A DNA stretch of 64,000 bases from an uncultured Lachnospiraceae bacterium (lineage in GTDB: Bacteria > Bacillota > Clostridia > Lachnospirales > Lachnospiraceae), in the NCBI GenBank assembly GCA_947629565.1, contig CANREG010000004.1:7917-71916 (forward strand), in the 5' to 3' direction. Of the stretch, positions 46,809 through 55,620 are shown one piece after another. Position numbers and translations under genes: made by a program. Position 1 is the first letter of the stretch, and every line of letters starts with the position of its first letter. The notes under the pieces were generated by a model. It was given only the letters and a program-made list of their open reading frames with translations. It did not search any database and had not been told where the DNA came from.

Positions 46809-48353
46809 TTGGACTGGAATGAAGCGATAGAGGATTTGGAAGGCCGCCGCAGACAGGCGAGGCTTGGCGGCGGACAGGCCGCCATTGATAAGCAGCATGA
46901 GAAGGGAAAGCTGACTGCCAGGGAGAGACTGGATTTGTTGTTTGACGAGGGTACTTTTGTGGAGGTCAATGACCTGGTGGAGTCCCGCATTGACGATTTC
47001 GGTCTGGACAAGAAGCGAGCGCCCGGCGACGGCGTAGTTACCGGTTACGGCAAGGTGAACGGCAGAACCGTATTTGCCTGTTCCGAGGACTTTACGGTAA
47101 TCGGGGGAAGCCTTGGGGAGTACCATTCCCGCAAGATTGTGAATATTCAGGATATGGCGCTTAAGATGCGCTGTCCGATAGTTACGATTAATGACAGCGG
47201 CGGAGCGCGGATTGAAGAAGGGATTGATTCGCTAAGCGGATATTCCGGCATATTTGAGCGCAATACCATTGCCTCCGGCGTGATTCCGCAGATTACTGTG
47301 ATCTTGGGGCCCTGCTCTGGCGGCGCATGTTATTCTCCTGCAATCTGCGATTATATTTTTGTGGTAGACGAGATTAGTAAAATGTTCATTACCGGTCCCC
47401 AGGTGGTAAAGACGGTAATCGGGGAGGAGCTTACGCCGGAGGAGTTGGGCGGAGCCATGACGCATGCCGCCAAATCCGGTGTGGCGCATTTCCTCTATAA
47501 GAGCGAAAAGAACTGTCTTGGAGGCGTGCGGGAGTTGCTTTCTTATCTCCCCGACAACAACCAGTCGCCGCTGCCGGTCAAACCGGGCAGAAGCGTGGAC
47601 CAGTGCAAAAACCTTGTCAACATCGTGCCGGACAATAAGAAGAAAAGCTATGACGTTCATGATGTTATCAATACCATGATTGACCGGGACAGCTTTTTTG
47701 AGGTACAGAAGAACTGGGCAAAAAATGCGGTGGTTGGCTTTGGCAGAATGGAGGGCAATACGGTGGGATTTGTCTGCAATCAGGCGAATTTCAAGGGCGG
47801 CTCTTTGGATATCGATGCTTCAGACAAGATGGCCAGATTTATCCGGTTTTGCGACTGCTTTAATATTCCATTGGTTTCCCTGATTGATGTGCCTGCATTT
47901 TTGCCGGGCTCCGAGCAGGAACACAACGGAATTATCCGGCACGGGGCAAAGATTTTATATGCCTTTTCCGAGGCGACGGTTCCCAAGATTTCCCTGATTA
48001 TGCGGAAGGCTTACGGCGGCGCTTACATTGCAATGAACTCCAAGCAGATGGGGGCGGATATTGTGTATGCATGGCCCATTGCCGAGATTGCGGTTATGGG
48101 CGCGGAAGGCGCGATTAACATTGTGGGAAGAAAGCAGATTCAGGCGGCGGAGAATCCGGAGGCTAAGCGGGCGGAGCTGATTGACGAGTACAGCGATAAG
48201 TTTTTAAACCCCTATATTGCGGCGAAGAGAGGTTTTGTGGACGAGGTAATCCGTCCGGACGAGACCAAGAAGAAGATTATGGCGGCGTTAGACGCCCTTA
48301 AGACGAAAGAGGTACAAAGGCCATACAAGAAGCATGGCAACATACCTTTATAA
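46809..48353 (+). CDS. acyl-CoA carboxylase carboxyltransferase (beta) subunit / methylmalonyl-CoA carboxyltransferase-like
   Basis: 514 aa. Typical KLTARERLDLL, GVVTGYGKVNGR, SGGARIEEG and the second-half motifs. TTG start at 46809 with RBS CAGGAGG. Confidence 0.9.
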   Translation: MDWNEAIEDLEGRRRQARLGGGQAAIDKQHEKGKLTARERLDLLFDEGTFVEVNDLVESRIDDFGLDKKRAPGDGVVTGYGKVNGRTVFACSEDFTVIGGSLGEYHSRKIVNIQDMALKMRCPIVTINDSGGARIEEGIDSLSGYSGIFERNTIASGVIPQITVILGPCSGGACYSPAICDYIFVVDEISKMFITGPQVVKTVIGEELTPEELGGAMTHAAKSGVAHFLYKSEKNCLGGVRELLSYLPDNNQSPLPVKPGRSVDQCKNLVNIVPDNKKKSYDVHDVINTMIDRDSFFEVQKNWAKNAVVGFGRMEGNTVGFVCNQANFKGGSLDIDASDKMARFIRFCDCFNIPLVSLIDVPAFLPGSEQEHNGIIRHGAKILYAFSEATVPKISLIMRKAYGGAYIAMNSKQMGADIVYAWPIAEIAVMGAEGAINIVGRKQIQAAENPEAKRAELIDEYSDKFLNPYIAAKRGFVDEVIRPDETKKKIMAALDALKTKEVQRPYKKHGNIPL

Positions 48354-48371
48354 AAAAGGAGAAGAGAAAAG

Positions 48372-49409
48372 ATGAATAAGAAACAGACCACCTGGTTTAT
48401 TGTGGCAGCCGTTATCTTTATTGTGGGCGGTATTGCCAGCGTGTTGACCAACGCCCTTTCTGAGCGGTTGGCGGCAGACAGTGAGGAGCAGATGACTTCC
48501 AGTTTTGGAAGCATTATGGATAGCCTGTATGGAACGGGGGATGTGTCCGCCATGTTGGCGGATATGCCGAAAGGCGAAGATTTTATCGCAGTCCTTCCCA
48601 TAGAGGGAACCATTCAGGCGTCCGGCGGCGCCAGCATTTACAGCGGGGAAGGTTATAATCATGATCTGCTGATGGCGTATGTGAATAAACTGATAGACAA
48701 CGACGCAAACAAGGGCATTATCCTGCGTTTAGATACGCCGGGCGGAACGGTTTATGAGGCCGACGAGCTTTATCTGAAGCTGATGGAGTATAAGGAAAAG
48801 ACCGGGCGGCCAATCTGGGCATACATGGAGAGTATGTGCTGCTCCGGCGGCGTATACATTGCCTCCTCTTCTGACGAGCAGTACGCCAACCGGATTACCA
48901 CAACCGGCTCTATCGGCGTTATCATGTCAAATTATGACATGTCGGGACTTTACAAGAAATTGGGCATTAAGGAAGTAAATATTGTATCTGCGGAGAATAA
49001 GGACATGGGTTCTGCCGGAAAGCCGATGACCAGCGAACAGAAGGCAATCTACCAGTCTGTAGTTGACGAGTATTACGAGCAGTTTGTGGGAATTGTGGCA
49101 AAGGGACGGAATATGTCTGAAGCGGAAGTAAAGAAGCTGGCTGACGGAAGAATCTATACGGCGAAACAGGCGGTGGAGAACGGACTGATTGACGGTATCA
49201 AGACCTCGGAGGAATTTGACGCCTATGTGAAGGAAACCAGCGGCGTGGATTTGTTCTACGAGCCGAAAAGCTCCGGCGGTTATCTTTCCAGCCTGATGGG
49301 TTCTGTAAAGCCGGAGAAGGAGAAGACCGAGGCAGAGGTACTTGTTGATTTGATGAACCAGTTAGGAAGCGGGGTGCCAATGTATTATGCAAAACCAATC
49401 GGAGAATAA
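48372..49409 (+). CDS. sppA: signal peptide peptidase SppA (36K type)
   Basis: N-terminal TM anchor and ClpP/crotonase-fold motifs (LRLDTPGGTVYEA, CCSGGVYIASSSD). Confidence 0.8.
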   Translation: MNKKQTTWFIVAAVIFIVGGIASVLTNALSERLAADSEEQMTSSFGSIMDSLYGTGDVSAMLADMPKGEDFIAVLPIEGTIQASGGASIYSGEGYNHDLLMAYVNKLIDNDANKGIILRLDTPGGTVYEADELYLKLMEYKEKTGRPIWAYMESMCCSGGVYIASSSDEQYANRITTTGSIGVIMSNYDMSGLYKKLGIKEVNIVSAENKDMGSAGKPMTSEQKAIYQSVVDEYYEQFVGIVAKGRNMSEAEVKKLADGRIYTAKQAVENGLIDGIKTSEEFDAYVKETSGVDLFYEPKSSGGYLSSLMGSVKPEKEKTEAEVLVDLMNQLGSGVPMYYAKPIGE

Positions 49410-50166
49410 GGCGTATGCCGGTTTCTTTGTCAGGCTTGTCGCCTACGCCATTGACAGTATGCTGGCTGCGCTGCTGGTGAGCATTGTCAAGCTTCCCCTG
49501 TCGATAGCAGCTTCTGCCGGAGCCGGTTTTTTGAAAGCGAACTTCATCTTTCACTATTCCCTTTTGGATGTGCTGGGTTATATTGGGGTTGCCGCATATT
49601 TTGTGCTGCTGACGTATTTTGCCCATGGAACGCCTGGCAAGCTACTGTTCCGCCTGCGGGTGGTTACGGAAGACAGGGAATGGACGTTTTTAAATATCCT
49701 GTACCGGGAAACGGTGGGCAGATTTTTGTCCTCCCTGCTGTGCATCGGGTATCTGGCTATTATCGTGACAGAGAAAAAGCAGGGATTTCATGATATGCTT
49801 TCCGACACCTATGTAGTATATGCAGGCATGGCGCCGGTGGCAAAGCCGGAGGCAGAGACCTCTTTTGTGCGGCTGGGTAAGCCGGAACCCGCAGACAGCG
49901 CCGTTTCCTTGCAGGCGGATAAAGCGGGCGAAGAATCTTCTTTGCAGGCGGGCAAAGCGGGCGAAGAATCTTCCTTGCAGCCGGGTAAAGCGGTTGGCGG
50001 AGAATCTTCTTTGCAGTCAGGCAAGGCGGAGTCTCTTAACGGCCAGGGAACCGGGACTGCGGGTGAAACAACTGCGCCGATCTATCATACAAGGTCTGCT
50101 TTTGAGATGCAGGAGAGCCACCCGATATCAGTGGAACCGGATGCCGGAGCAGACGGGGATGTGTAG
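49387..50166 (+). CDS. RDD-family membrane protein with a repeat-containing C-terminal tail
   Basis: YAGFFVRLVAYAIDS..., HDMLSDTYVV. The tail has 11-12-aa tandem repeats LQA(D/G)KAGEESS. It overlaps the sppA 3' end by 23 nt. Confidence 0.7.
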   Translation: MQNQSENKAYAGFFVRLVAYAIDSMLAALLVSIVKLPLSIAASAGAGFLKANFIFHYSLLDVLGYIGVAAYFVLLTYFAHGTPGKLLFRLRVVTEDREWTFLNILYRETVGRFLSSLLCIGYLAIIVTEKKQGFHDMLSDTYVVYAGMAPVAKPEAETSFVRLGKPEPADSAVSLQADKAGEESSLQAGKAGEESSLQPGKAVGGESSLQSGKAESLNGQGTGTAGETTAPIYHTRSAFEMQESHPISVEPDAGADGDV

Positions 50167-50330
50167 TATTGATTGGGGGGACGAGAGGTGTTTGGCAGAT
50201 AATTCGTGTAATTATATAAGGCTTAATAATGTTTTTGTCAGAATTGAGCATAATACTAAATAAATGTTAAAAAAAGAGTTAATGAACTCAAATATGAAAT
50301 AAGTAGCAAGAGTTAAGAGAAGGTGTGTGC

Positions 50331-51836
50331 ATGACAATAGAAGAACTTAAAAGACTTATCAATACAGGTGAAAAAGTTGATATTGAATTTAAGAAATCAC
50401 ATGATAAATTGAATAGAGATTTATATGAGACAGTATGTTCTTTTAGCAATAGAGATGGTGGACACATTTTTCTTGGTATAGTCGATGAAACAAGGGAAAT
50501 ATGTGGGATTAATCCTGATAAAATTGATAAAATGAAGAAAGAGTTCACGACAGCTATTAATAATTCTAAAAAAATTAACCCTCCTATGTATCTTGTTCCA
50601 GAGGATTATGAAATTGATGGAAAGAAGATTATATATATTTATGTGCCAAAGGGTACACAGGTGAGACGGGTAAATGGCCGCATTTTTGACAGAACATATG
50701 AAGGCGATATTGATATTACAGACAATGCAGAATTAGTTTATAAATTGTATGCGAGAAAACAAAACACATATTTTGTAAATAAGGTATATTCAAATTTGGG
50801 ACTGGAATTTTTGGATTTTGACGTTATCAGAAGAGCAAAAAAACTGGCATTGGCAAGGGTAGATAATCATGCATGGACCAATATGGATGAAGAAGAAATT
50901 CTCAGGAGTTCAGGTTTGATTTTAACAGATCCAGATACAGGAAAGGAAGGAATTACTCTTGCTGCAATACTACTTTTTGGTAAAGATAGTACAATTATGT
51001 CGGTATTACCGCAATACAAGACAGATGCAATTTACAGAGTAAAAAATATGGATCGCTATGATGATAGAGAAGTTGTTATAACAAATCTTATAGACAGTTT
51101 CCGTCTTTTAATGGATTTTGGTAAAAAGCATTTAAATGATGTTTTTGTGACGGAAGGAGATCAAAGTATAAGTGCAAGAGATAAAATCCTTAGAGAAGTT
51201 GTGTCAAATATCTTAGTGCATAGGGATTATTCTAATGGATATACAGCCCAGTTTGTAATAGAGAGAGATAAGTTATATACCAAGAATAGTAATTTGCCAC
51301 ATGGACATGGTGAGTTACAGCTCAATAAATTTGATCCATTTCCAAAGAATCCACTAATTTCTAAAGTATTTAGAGAAGTTGGATATGCCGATGAATTGGG
51401 TTCAGGAATGAGAAACGCCAACAAATACACAAAATTATATTCAGGTGGAACGCCAATTTTTGTTGAAGATGATATTTTTGAAATAGTTATTCCAATAGAA
51501 GCAGTTGCCGAGTTACAGGTTGGGGGAAGTGGCACTCAGGATGGCACCCAGGATGGCACTCGGAATGGCACTCAGGATGGCACCCAGAATGGCGCTTGGA
51601 ATGGCACTCAGCAACGGAATGGCACTCAGGATGGCACTCAGAATGGCACTCAGGATGGCACTCAGCAACGGATAATGGAACTGATATTAGAAAACCCAAA
51701 GATTACGAGAAGAGAAATGGCAAGGCGACTTAATGTTAGTCTTAGGACGTTGCAAAGAATATTAAATAAAATGCCTACAGTAAATTATGAAGGAACAGGA
51801 ATAAATGGTCATTGGCAGATTGATAGGGATTTATAA
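50331..51836 (+). CDS. AlbA_2 (Schlafen-like) / ATPase-like / wHTH putative DNA-binding protein with a GTQ(D/N) tetrapeptide repeat linker
   Basis: N-terminal [11 protein letters not shown]...[13 protein letters not shown] is typical of AlbA_2. A central HATPase_c_4-like region ([22 protein letters not shown]) and a C-terminal wHTH ([21 protein letters not shown]) follow. AT-rich. Confidence 0.7.
   Translation: MTIEELKRLINTGEKVDIEFKKSHDKLNRDLYETVCSFSNRDGGHIFLGIVDETREICGINPDKIDKMKKEFTTAINNSKKINPPMYLVPEDYEIDGKKIIYIYVPKGTQVRRVNGRIFDRTYEGDIDITDNAELVYKLYARKQNTYFVNKVYSNLGLEFLDFDVIRRAKKLALARVDNHAWTNMDEEEILRSSGLILTDPDTGKEGITLAAILLFGKDSTIMSVLPQYKTDAIYRVKNMDRYDDREVVITNLIDSFRLLMDFGKKHLNDVFVTEGDQSISARDKILREVVSNILVHRDYSNGYTAQFVIERDKLYTKNSNLPHGHGELQLNKFDPFPKNPLISKVFREVGYADELGSGMRNANKYTKLYSGGTPIFVEDDIFEIVIPIEAVAELQVGGSGTQDGTQDGTRNGTQDGTQNGAWNGTQQRNGTQDGTQNGTQDGTQQRIMELILENPKITRREMARRLNVSLRTLQRILNKMPTVNYEGTGINGHWQIDRDL
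51531..51670. repeat. 12-bp tandem coding repeat (about 11 units, GGCAC(T/C)CAG(G/A)AT)
   Basis: GGCACTCAGGAT GGCACCCAGGAT GGCACTCGGAAT ... encodes [47 protein letters not shown]. Confidence 0.9.
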
Positions 51837-51940
51837 CCAGCGTCCGCCGGTATCCATAAATCATATAAGGGTATTTGAATAAAAATAGAAATGCCGTCAA
51901 TCCTATGAAAAGAAGCACATAAGGATTGGGGGCATTTTTT

Positions 51941-52690
51941 GTGACAAAAAAAGCAAAGACAAGTTTTTTAATCTTGGTATGGAGCATTGTTGCCATACAG
52001 ATGTATGTAAATTATCAGGAGCAGGAAAACCGGTTAAATCGGACGGTAACGGCTTTTTCTGTGATAGACGACAGCATGACTCGGGAATGGGTGCGGGGAT
52101 GCGGTTATTTCGGCGAGATGGAGATTTCAGAAGAGCTTTGCCAGAAAATGCTTAAAAATCTGGCCAATAAGCTGGGGATAACAGACGGATACGCCCTGGA
52201 AAAGGTGCAGGGGGAATCCGGTAACGGCATGGCCCTGACGAAAAAAGGAAAGCAGGCGGATACCAGGCTGCAGATTCTTGGTATGCCGCAGACAGAAGGA
52301 GAACCCCGTCAATATGTTTCCGTAGAGATTTCTACCGGTGAGGGGGCGAAGGAGGCGTGGAAGCTCTATAAGAAAGTGGAACGGATTTATGAGGAACTGG
52401 GCATGGATGGAAATGTCAGCTTTGAGTCGGAAATGGAACGGGAGGGAGACTATGTAACCGGCAATCGGGAAGCGCCGATTCGTGAAATTCTGGATTTGAC
52501 GGACGCAAAGCAGGTAGATGCAGTCCGGGGAAACGGCATTTGTACGGTATACGGGTACACAAAAAAAGTAGACTCCTATATTACGCTTAACGGGGAGAAA
52601 GTCAATCTTCAGATTGCCCTGTTCTATGATGAAAATACAGATTCTACCCATATCAAAATCGGAATACCGATTGTCAATTCATCTTTTTAA
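51941..52690 (+). CDS. membrane-anchored protein, possibly YwmB/DUF1779-like
   Basis: GTG start at 51941 gives TKKAKTSFLILVWSIVAIQ as an N-terminal anchor. The family call is tentative. Confidence 0.45.
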   Translation: MTKKAKTSFLILVWSIVAIQMYVNYQEQENRLNRTVTAFSVIDDSMTREWVRGCGYFGEMEISEELCQKMLKNLANKLGITDGYALEKVQGESGNGMALTKKGKQADTRLQILGMPQTEGEPRQYVSVEISTGEGAKEAWKLYKKVERIYEELGMDGNVSFESEMEREGDYVTGNREAPIREILDLTDAKQVDAVRGNGICTVYGYTKKVDSYITLNGEKVNLQIALFYDENTDSTHIKIGIPIVNSSF

Positions 52691-52763
52691 AAAATTTTTT
52701 ATAATCTGCCATAGTCTGGCGCCCCTGTGTAGTAAGCTTTTTACATGGAAAGGGGTGATAACA

Positions 52764-52871
52764 ATGCAGAAGTTTAAGAAGATTTTCAGTGATGTTTGTG
52801 TGTATGCCATAAGTCTGATTTCCATTTGCGTATTTTTTAACGAGGTGTTCCAATGGTTGATGTATGTATAG
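52764..52871 (+). CDS. 35-aa hydrophobic peptide
   Basis: MQKFKKIFSDVCVYAISLISICVFFNEVFQWLMYV. Strong RBS AAGGGGTG 6 nt upstream. A hairpin terminator lies about 30 nt downstream. Confidence 0.35.
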   Translation: MQKFKKIFSDVCVYAISLISICVFFNEVFQWLMYV

Positions 52872-52900
52872 GCATAAGAGAGCAGCCACACAGATAAGAA

Positions 52901-52925
52901 AGCCGTAGCGTTATTCGCTGCGGCT
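52901..52925. terminator. 10-bp hairpin between convergent genes
   Basis: AGCCGTAGCG-TTATT-CGCTGCGGCT, followed by TATATTTTA. Confidence 0.6.
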
Positions 52926-53007
52926 TATATTTTAAGCAGTGTTTCTTTCAAAAAAGAAGAGAGGACCTATTCTTTAATCCATTCCATCCATGGTGGTAAT
53001 TCATATA

Positions 53008-53400
53008 TTATCTAAGTTCATATGGAAAAACAAGTATATCATCATATTTTGCTGAAAATGATACGAAATCACCTTTTTCAATTTTTGTATCGTTTTCAAC
53101 ATCTATCATTTCAAGCCAATCTGTATCTAATCTGATATAATACACTTCCTCATCTATATCTTCGCAATATCCATCAAAATGAACGATACCATTATCAGAG
53201 TTGACTTTCATCCCTGAGTATTCGTCATTTTTAGAAATTTTTTCGTAATACCCGGTAATGGTTAATTCAGCGAAATACTCTCTATTAACAACAGGAAGGA
53301 GGTCGCTTTTCCATATTCCTTTGAGATTACCGATTTCGGCGACACCGTCTATTATGGTTTTGTTCGCCGCAAACTCAATGGTTTTTATTCGTAGCCTCAT
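53008..53400 (-). CDS. hypothetical protein (AT-rich orphan)
   Basis: 130-aa acidic protein with no motif recognised. Composition is much more AT-rich than the flanks. Confidence 0.5.
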   Translation of the reverse strand: MRLRIKTIEFAANKTIIDGVAEIGNLKGIWKSDLLPVVNREYFAELTITGYYEKISKNDEYSGMKVNSDNGIVHFDGYCEDIDEEVYYIRLDTDWLEMIDVENDTKIEKGDFVSFSAKYDDILVFPYELR

Positions 53401-53524
53401 TATCTCTCACTTCCTCACATCATGCATTTGAAACGGTATCCACTGTTACGGTTCTATGAAGTCTTGTATTAACACCTTTTAAAGCCCATTGAAAAAAGCT
53501 TCAAAAATAAAACAGGGGAAACGC

Positions 53525-54172
53525 CTACAGCTTGGAGTAACCGTAGCTGTTCACAATCGCTTCAATCCGCTGTCCGGCCTGACAGAACGGGCACTGGTTA
53601 TGCGGATAGGTCTTGTATTCCGGAATATCCTCTAACTTGAACAGGGTGTGAATCTGCTGTCCGGCAATTACCTTGTTGGCGGAGAAGATAGCGGAGATAC
53701 CGGCTACGATGCCGCCGTAATAAGACAGGCACTCAAGGCTTCGCTCAATGGTCCGTCCGGTGGTGGCGGAAGCCAACAGGAATAACACATGCTTGCCCTT
53801 AATCATGGGTTGCAGATTATCCCGGAAAATCATCTGTCCTACAGAGTTAAACTCCGGCGTAACAACATAGATAGCCTTGTGCTGGTTCATGGACATGATT
53901 CCGCAGTTGGTCAGCTCCTCTGCAAGATAGGAACCGATTACCTCCGTACCGTCCATACAGATAATCGTGTCCACAACGGTTGTCCCGACATACTCGCTGG
54001 CGATGGATTTGGCGGCGGCCCTTGCCATACTCTGGCGGGATTTCAATACCGTCATATCAATGTAGTGGGTAATGTGGGAATGGTTTGTGGCAAAATGCCC
54101 AGGGATTACAGTAATCTTAACACTGTTATTATAACTTGAATTAATGGTCATTGCCTGATGTGCAAATGTCAT
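53525..54172 (-). CDS. phosphoribosyltransferase-fold protein lacking the acidic PRPP-motif residues
   Basis: Start moved to ATG 54172 (RBS AAAAGGAGG). PRPP-loop-like KHVLFLLASATTGRT, where canonical type I PRTases have ..(D/E)D..TTG.T. C-terminal CPFC. Confidence 0.6.
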   Translation of the reverse strand: MTFAHQAMTINSSYNNSVKITVIPGHFATNHSHITHYIDMTVLKSRQSMARAAAKSIASEYVGTTVVDTIICMDGTEVIGSYLAEELTNCGIMSMNQHKAIYVVTPEFNSVGQMIFRDNLQPMIKGKHVLFLLASATTGRTIERSLECLSYYGGIVAGISAIFSANKVIAGQQIHTLFKLEDIPEYKTYPHNQCPFCQAGQRIEAIVNSYGYSKL

Positions 54173-54430
54173 AGCAATCCTCCTTTTCATCTCATATTTT
54201 AATCTTCTGTCTCTTATTCTACCCTTTTTTATCCCGTATTTCAAGGATATGTTTCCATTCTTCCCACTTTCTTCTTACTTTATATATAAAAATATCAGAT
54301 AGCTTCTGTCTTCACCGCCACCTCGCTACATATCTTTTTTTTTATTTTATATTATAGAAATATTATCACAGGATAAAATTTTCGCTTTTTCATACGGATT
54401 TTAATTTATAGAATTTCCGCCGCCAAACTG

Positions 54431-54685
54431 TCCCGCATATTTAATTGTACGTGCTCATGAATAACCTTCACCGGGAAGGGGGCCGGAAACATCTAAAGCC
54501 CCTTTGAAAACGCCGGTACTTGCGGAGGCTCTATGCAAAATTTGCTATTCAACACATAATGAACAGGGCCTCCGCTTATGTACCGCTGCGTTTTCAACAG
54601 AGCGCAAGCGTGGCTTAAGATGTTTCCTGTCCCCTTTCCCGGCACATAGACATTTCTTCGCACGTACAATTAAATATGCGGGACA
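54431..54685. repeat. long-hairpin repeat element, copy C (full length, 255 bp, perfect 25-bp terminal inverted repeats)
   Basis: GTCCCGCATATTTAATTGTACGTGC (54431-54455) is the exact reverse complement of 54661-54685. The interior is an imperfect palindrome whose core is the reverse complement of copy A. Confidence 0.9.
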
Positions 54686-54822
54686 GTCCCTTGACAAAAA
54701 AATATACTTAATAATTTTGTAATATGTTGTGGTTTGTCAAAAATAATTGGTACATATTGTGTTTTTGACGAAAATACAAAGAATATACTAGATTTTGGAA
54801 ACGATTATTTGTTGAATAAAGG

Positions 54823-54851
54823 TTGACATAATCAAAAAAGTATGCAATAAT
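54823..54851 (+). promoter_or_regulatory. putative sigma-A promoter of the SleB-like hydrolase gene
   Basis: TTGACA (54823-54828), 17-nt spacer, TGcAATAAT (-10 at 54846-54851). Confidence 0.5.
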
Positions 54852-54970
54852 GTTACAAATTTGTTACAAAAACATTGCGGAATTACAGCAACGATTCCGG
54901 ATTTTGCAGCAGATTATCTAGCAAATCAAAAAGTGAACCTTATGAAAATAAGGGTTCGGAGGTGTAAAAA

Positions 54971-55486
54971 GTGAAAAAAATAGTAACCGTAATTGTAGCA
55001 GGGCTTATGTTATGTATGATGTTAAGTGTATCCTGTGAAGCAGCTACAACCAAAGCTACTACAAAAGCAAAGAAAACAGAAAGTGAATATACCGCCAAAG
55101 AGCTTCGCTATATGACAAGTATTATTTACTGCGAGGCAAGAGGCGAAAGCTATGCAGGCCAGAAGGCAGTGGGAATTGTGGTAATGAATCGGGTAAGAAG
55201 CAATAAGTATCCTGATGAGATAAAGGATGTGATTTACCAGAGAGGGCAGTTTTCACCGGTGAGCAACGGGCATATGAAAAGGGCTTTGAAGCTTTACGAT
55301 GCACAGAACAAAAAAGGCAGCTTTGATGATGCGATGACTTCCTGCATGAAGGCGGCGAAGGAAACGCTGTCAGGCTCCACCACAGTCAAGGTAAACGGTA
55401 AAGAAAAACAAATGAAAAAATATCTATTTTTCTCCCGGCACATTGCGAATGCAAAGTACCAGTTGGGAGCGCATCAATTTAAATAA
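54971..55486 (+). CDS. cell wall hydrolase, SleB-like (Hydrolase_2 family)
   Basis: Signal peptide. IIYCEARGESYAGQKAVGIVVMNRVRSNKYPDEIKDVIYQRGQFSPV is the family hallmark. GTG start with RBS GGAGGTG. Confidence 0.85.
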   Translation: MKKIVTVIVAGLMLCMMLSVSCEAATTKATTKAKKTESEYTAKELRYMTSIIYCEARGESYAGQKAVGIVVMNRVRSNKYPDEIKDVIYQRGQFSPVSNGHMKRALKLYDAQNKKGSFDDAMTSCMKAAKETLSGSTTVKVNGKEKQMKKYLFFSRHIANAKYQLGAHQFK

Positions 55487-55620
55487 TAGATTTGGAGATA
55501 CAGATTCGTCAGTTTGGCGGATCTGTATTTCTTTTGGGGAAAATGTCTATTTTATGGACGAAGCTAATATAAATAAATATGGAAGTCATAGATCAAGTAA
55601 AATGCAGGATGGGATAGAAT

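Noticed and set aside
51531-51670. Possible CRISPR-like arrays: the 12-bp repeats here, the 33-bp repeats at 49909-50035 and the 39-bp repeats at 63585-63670.
   Set aside because: These are contiguous tandem repeats with no unique spacers. Two are in-frame coding repeats. No cas genes are present in the window.
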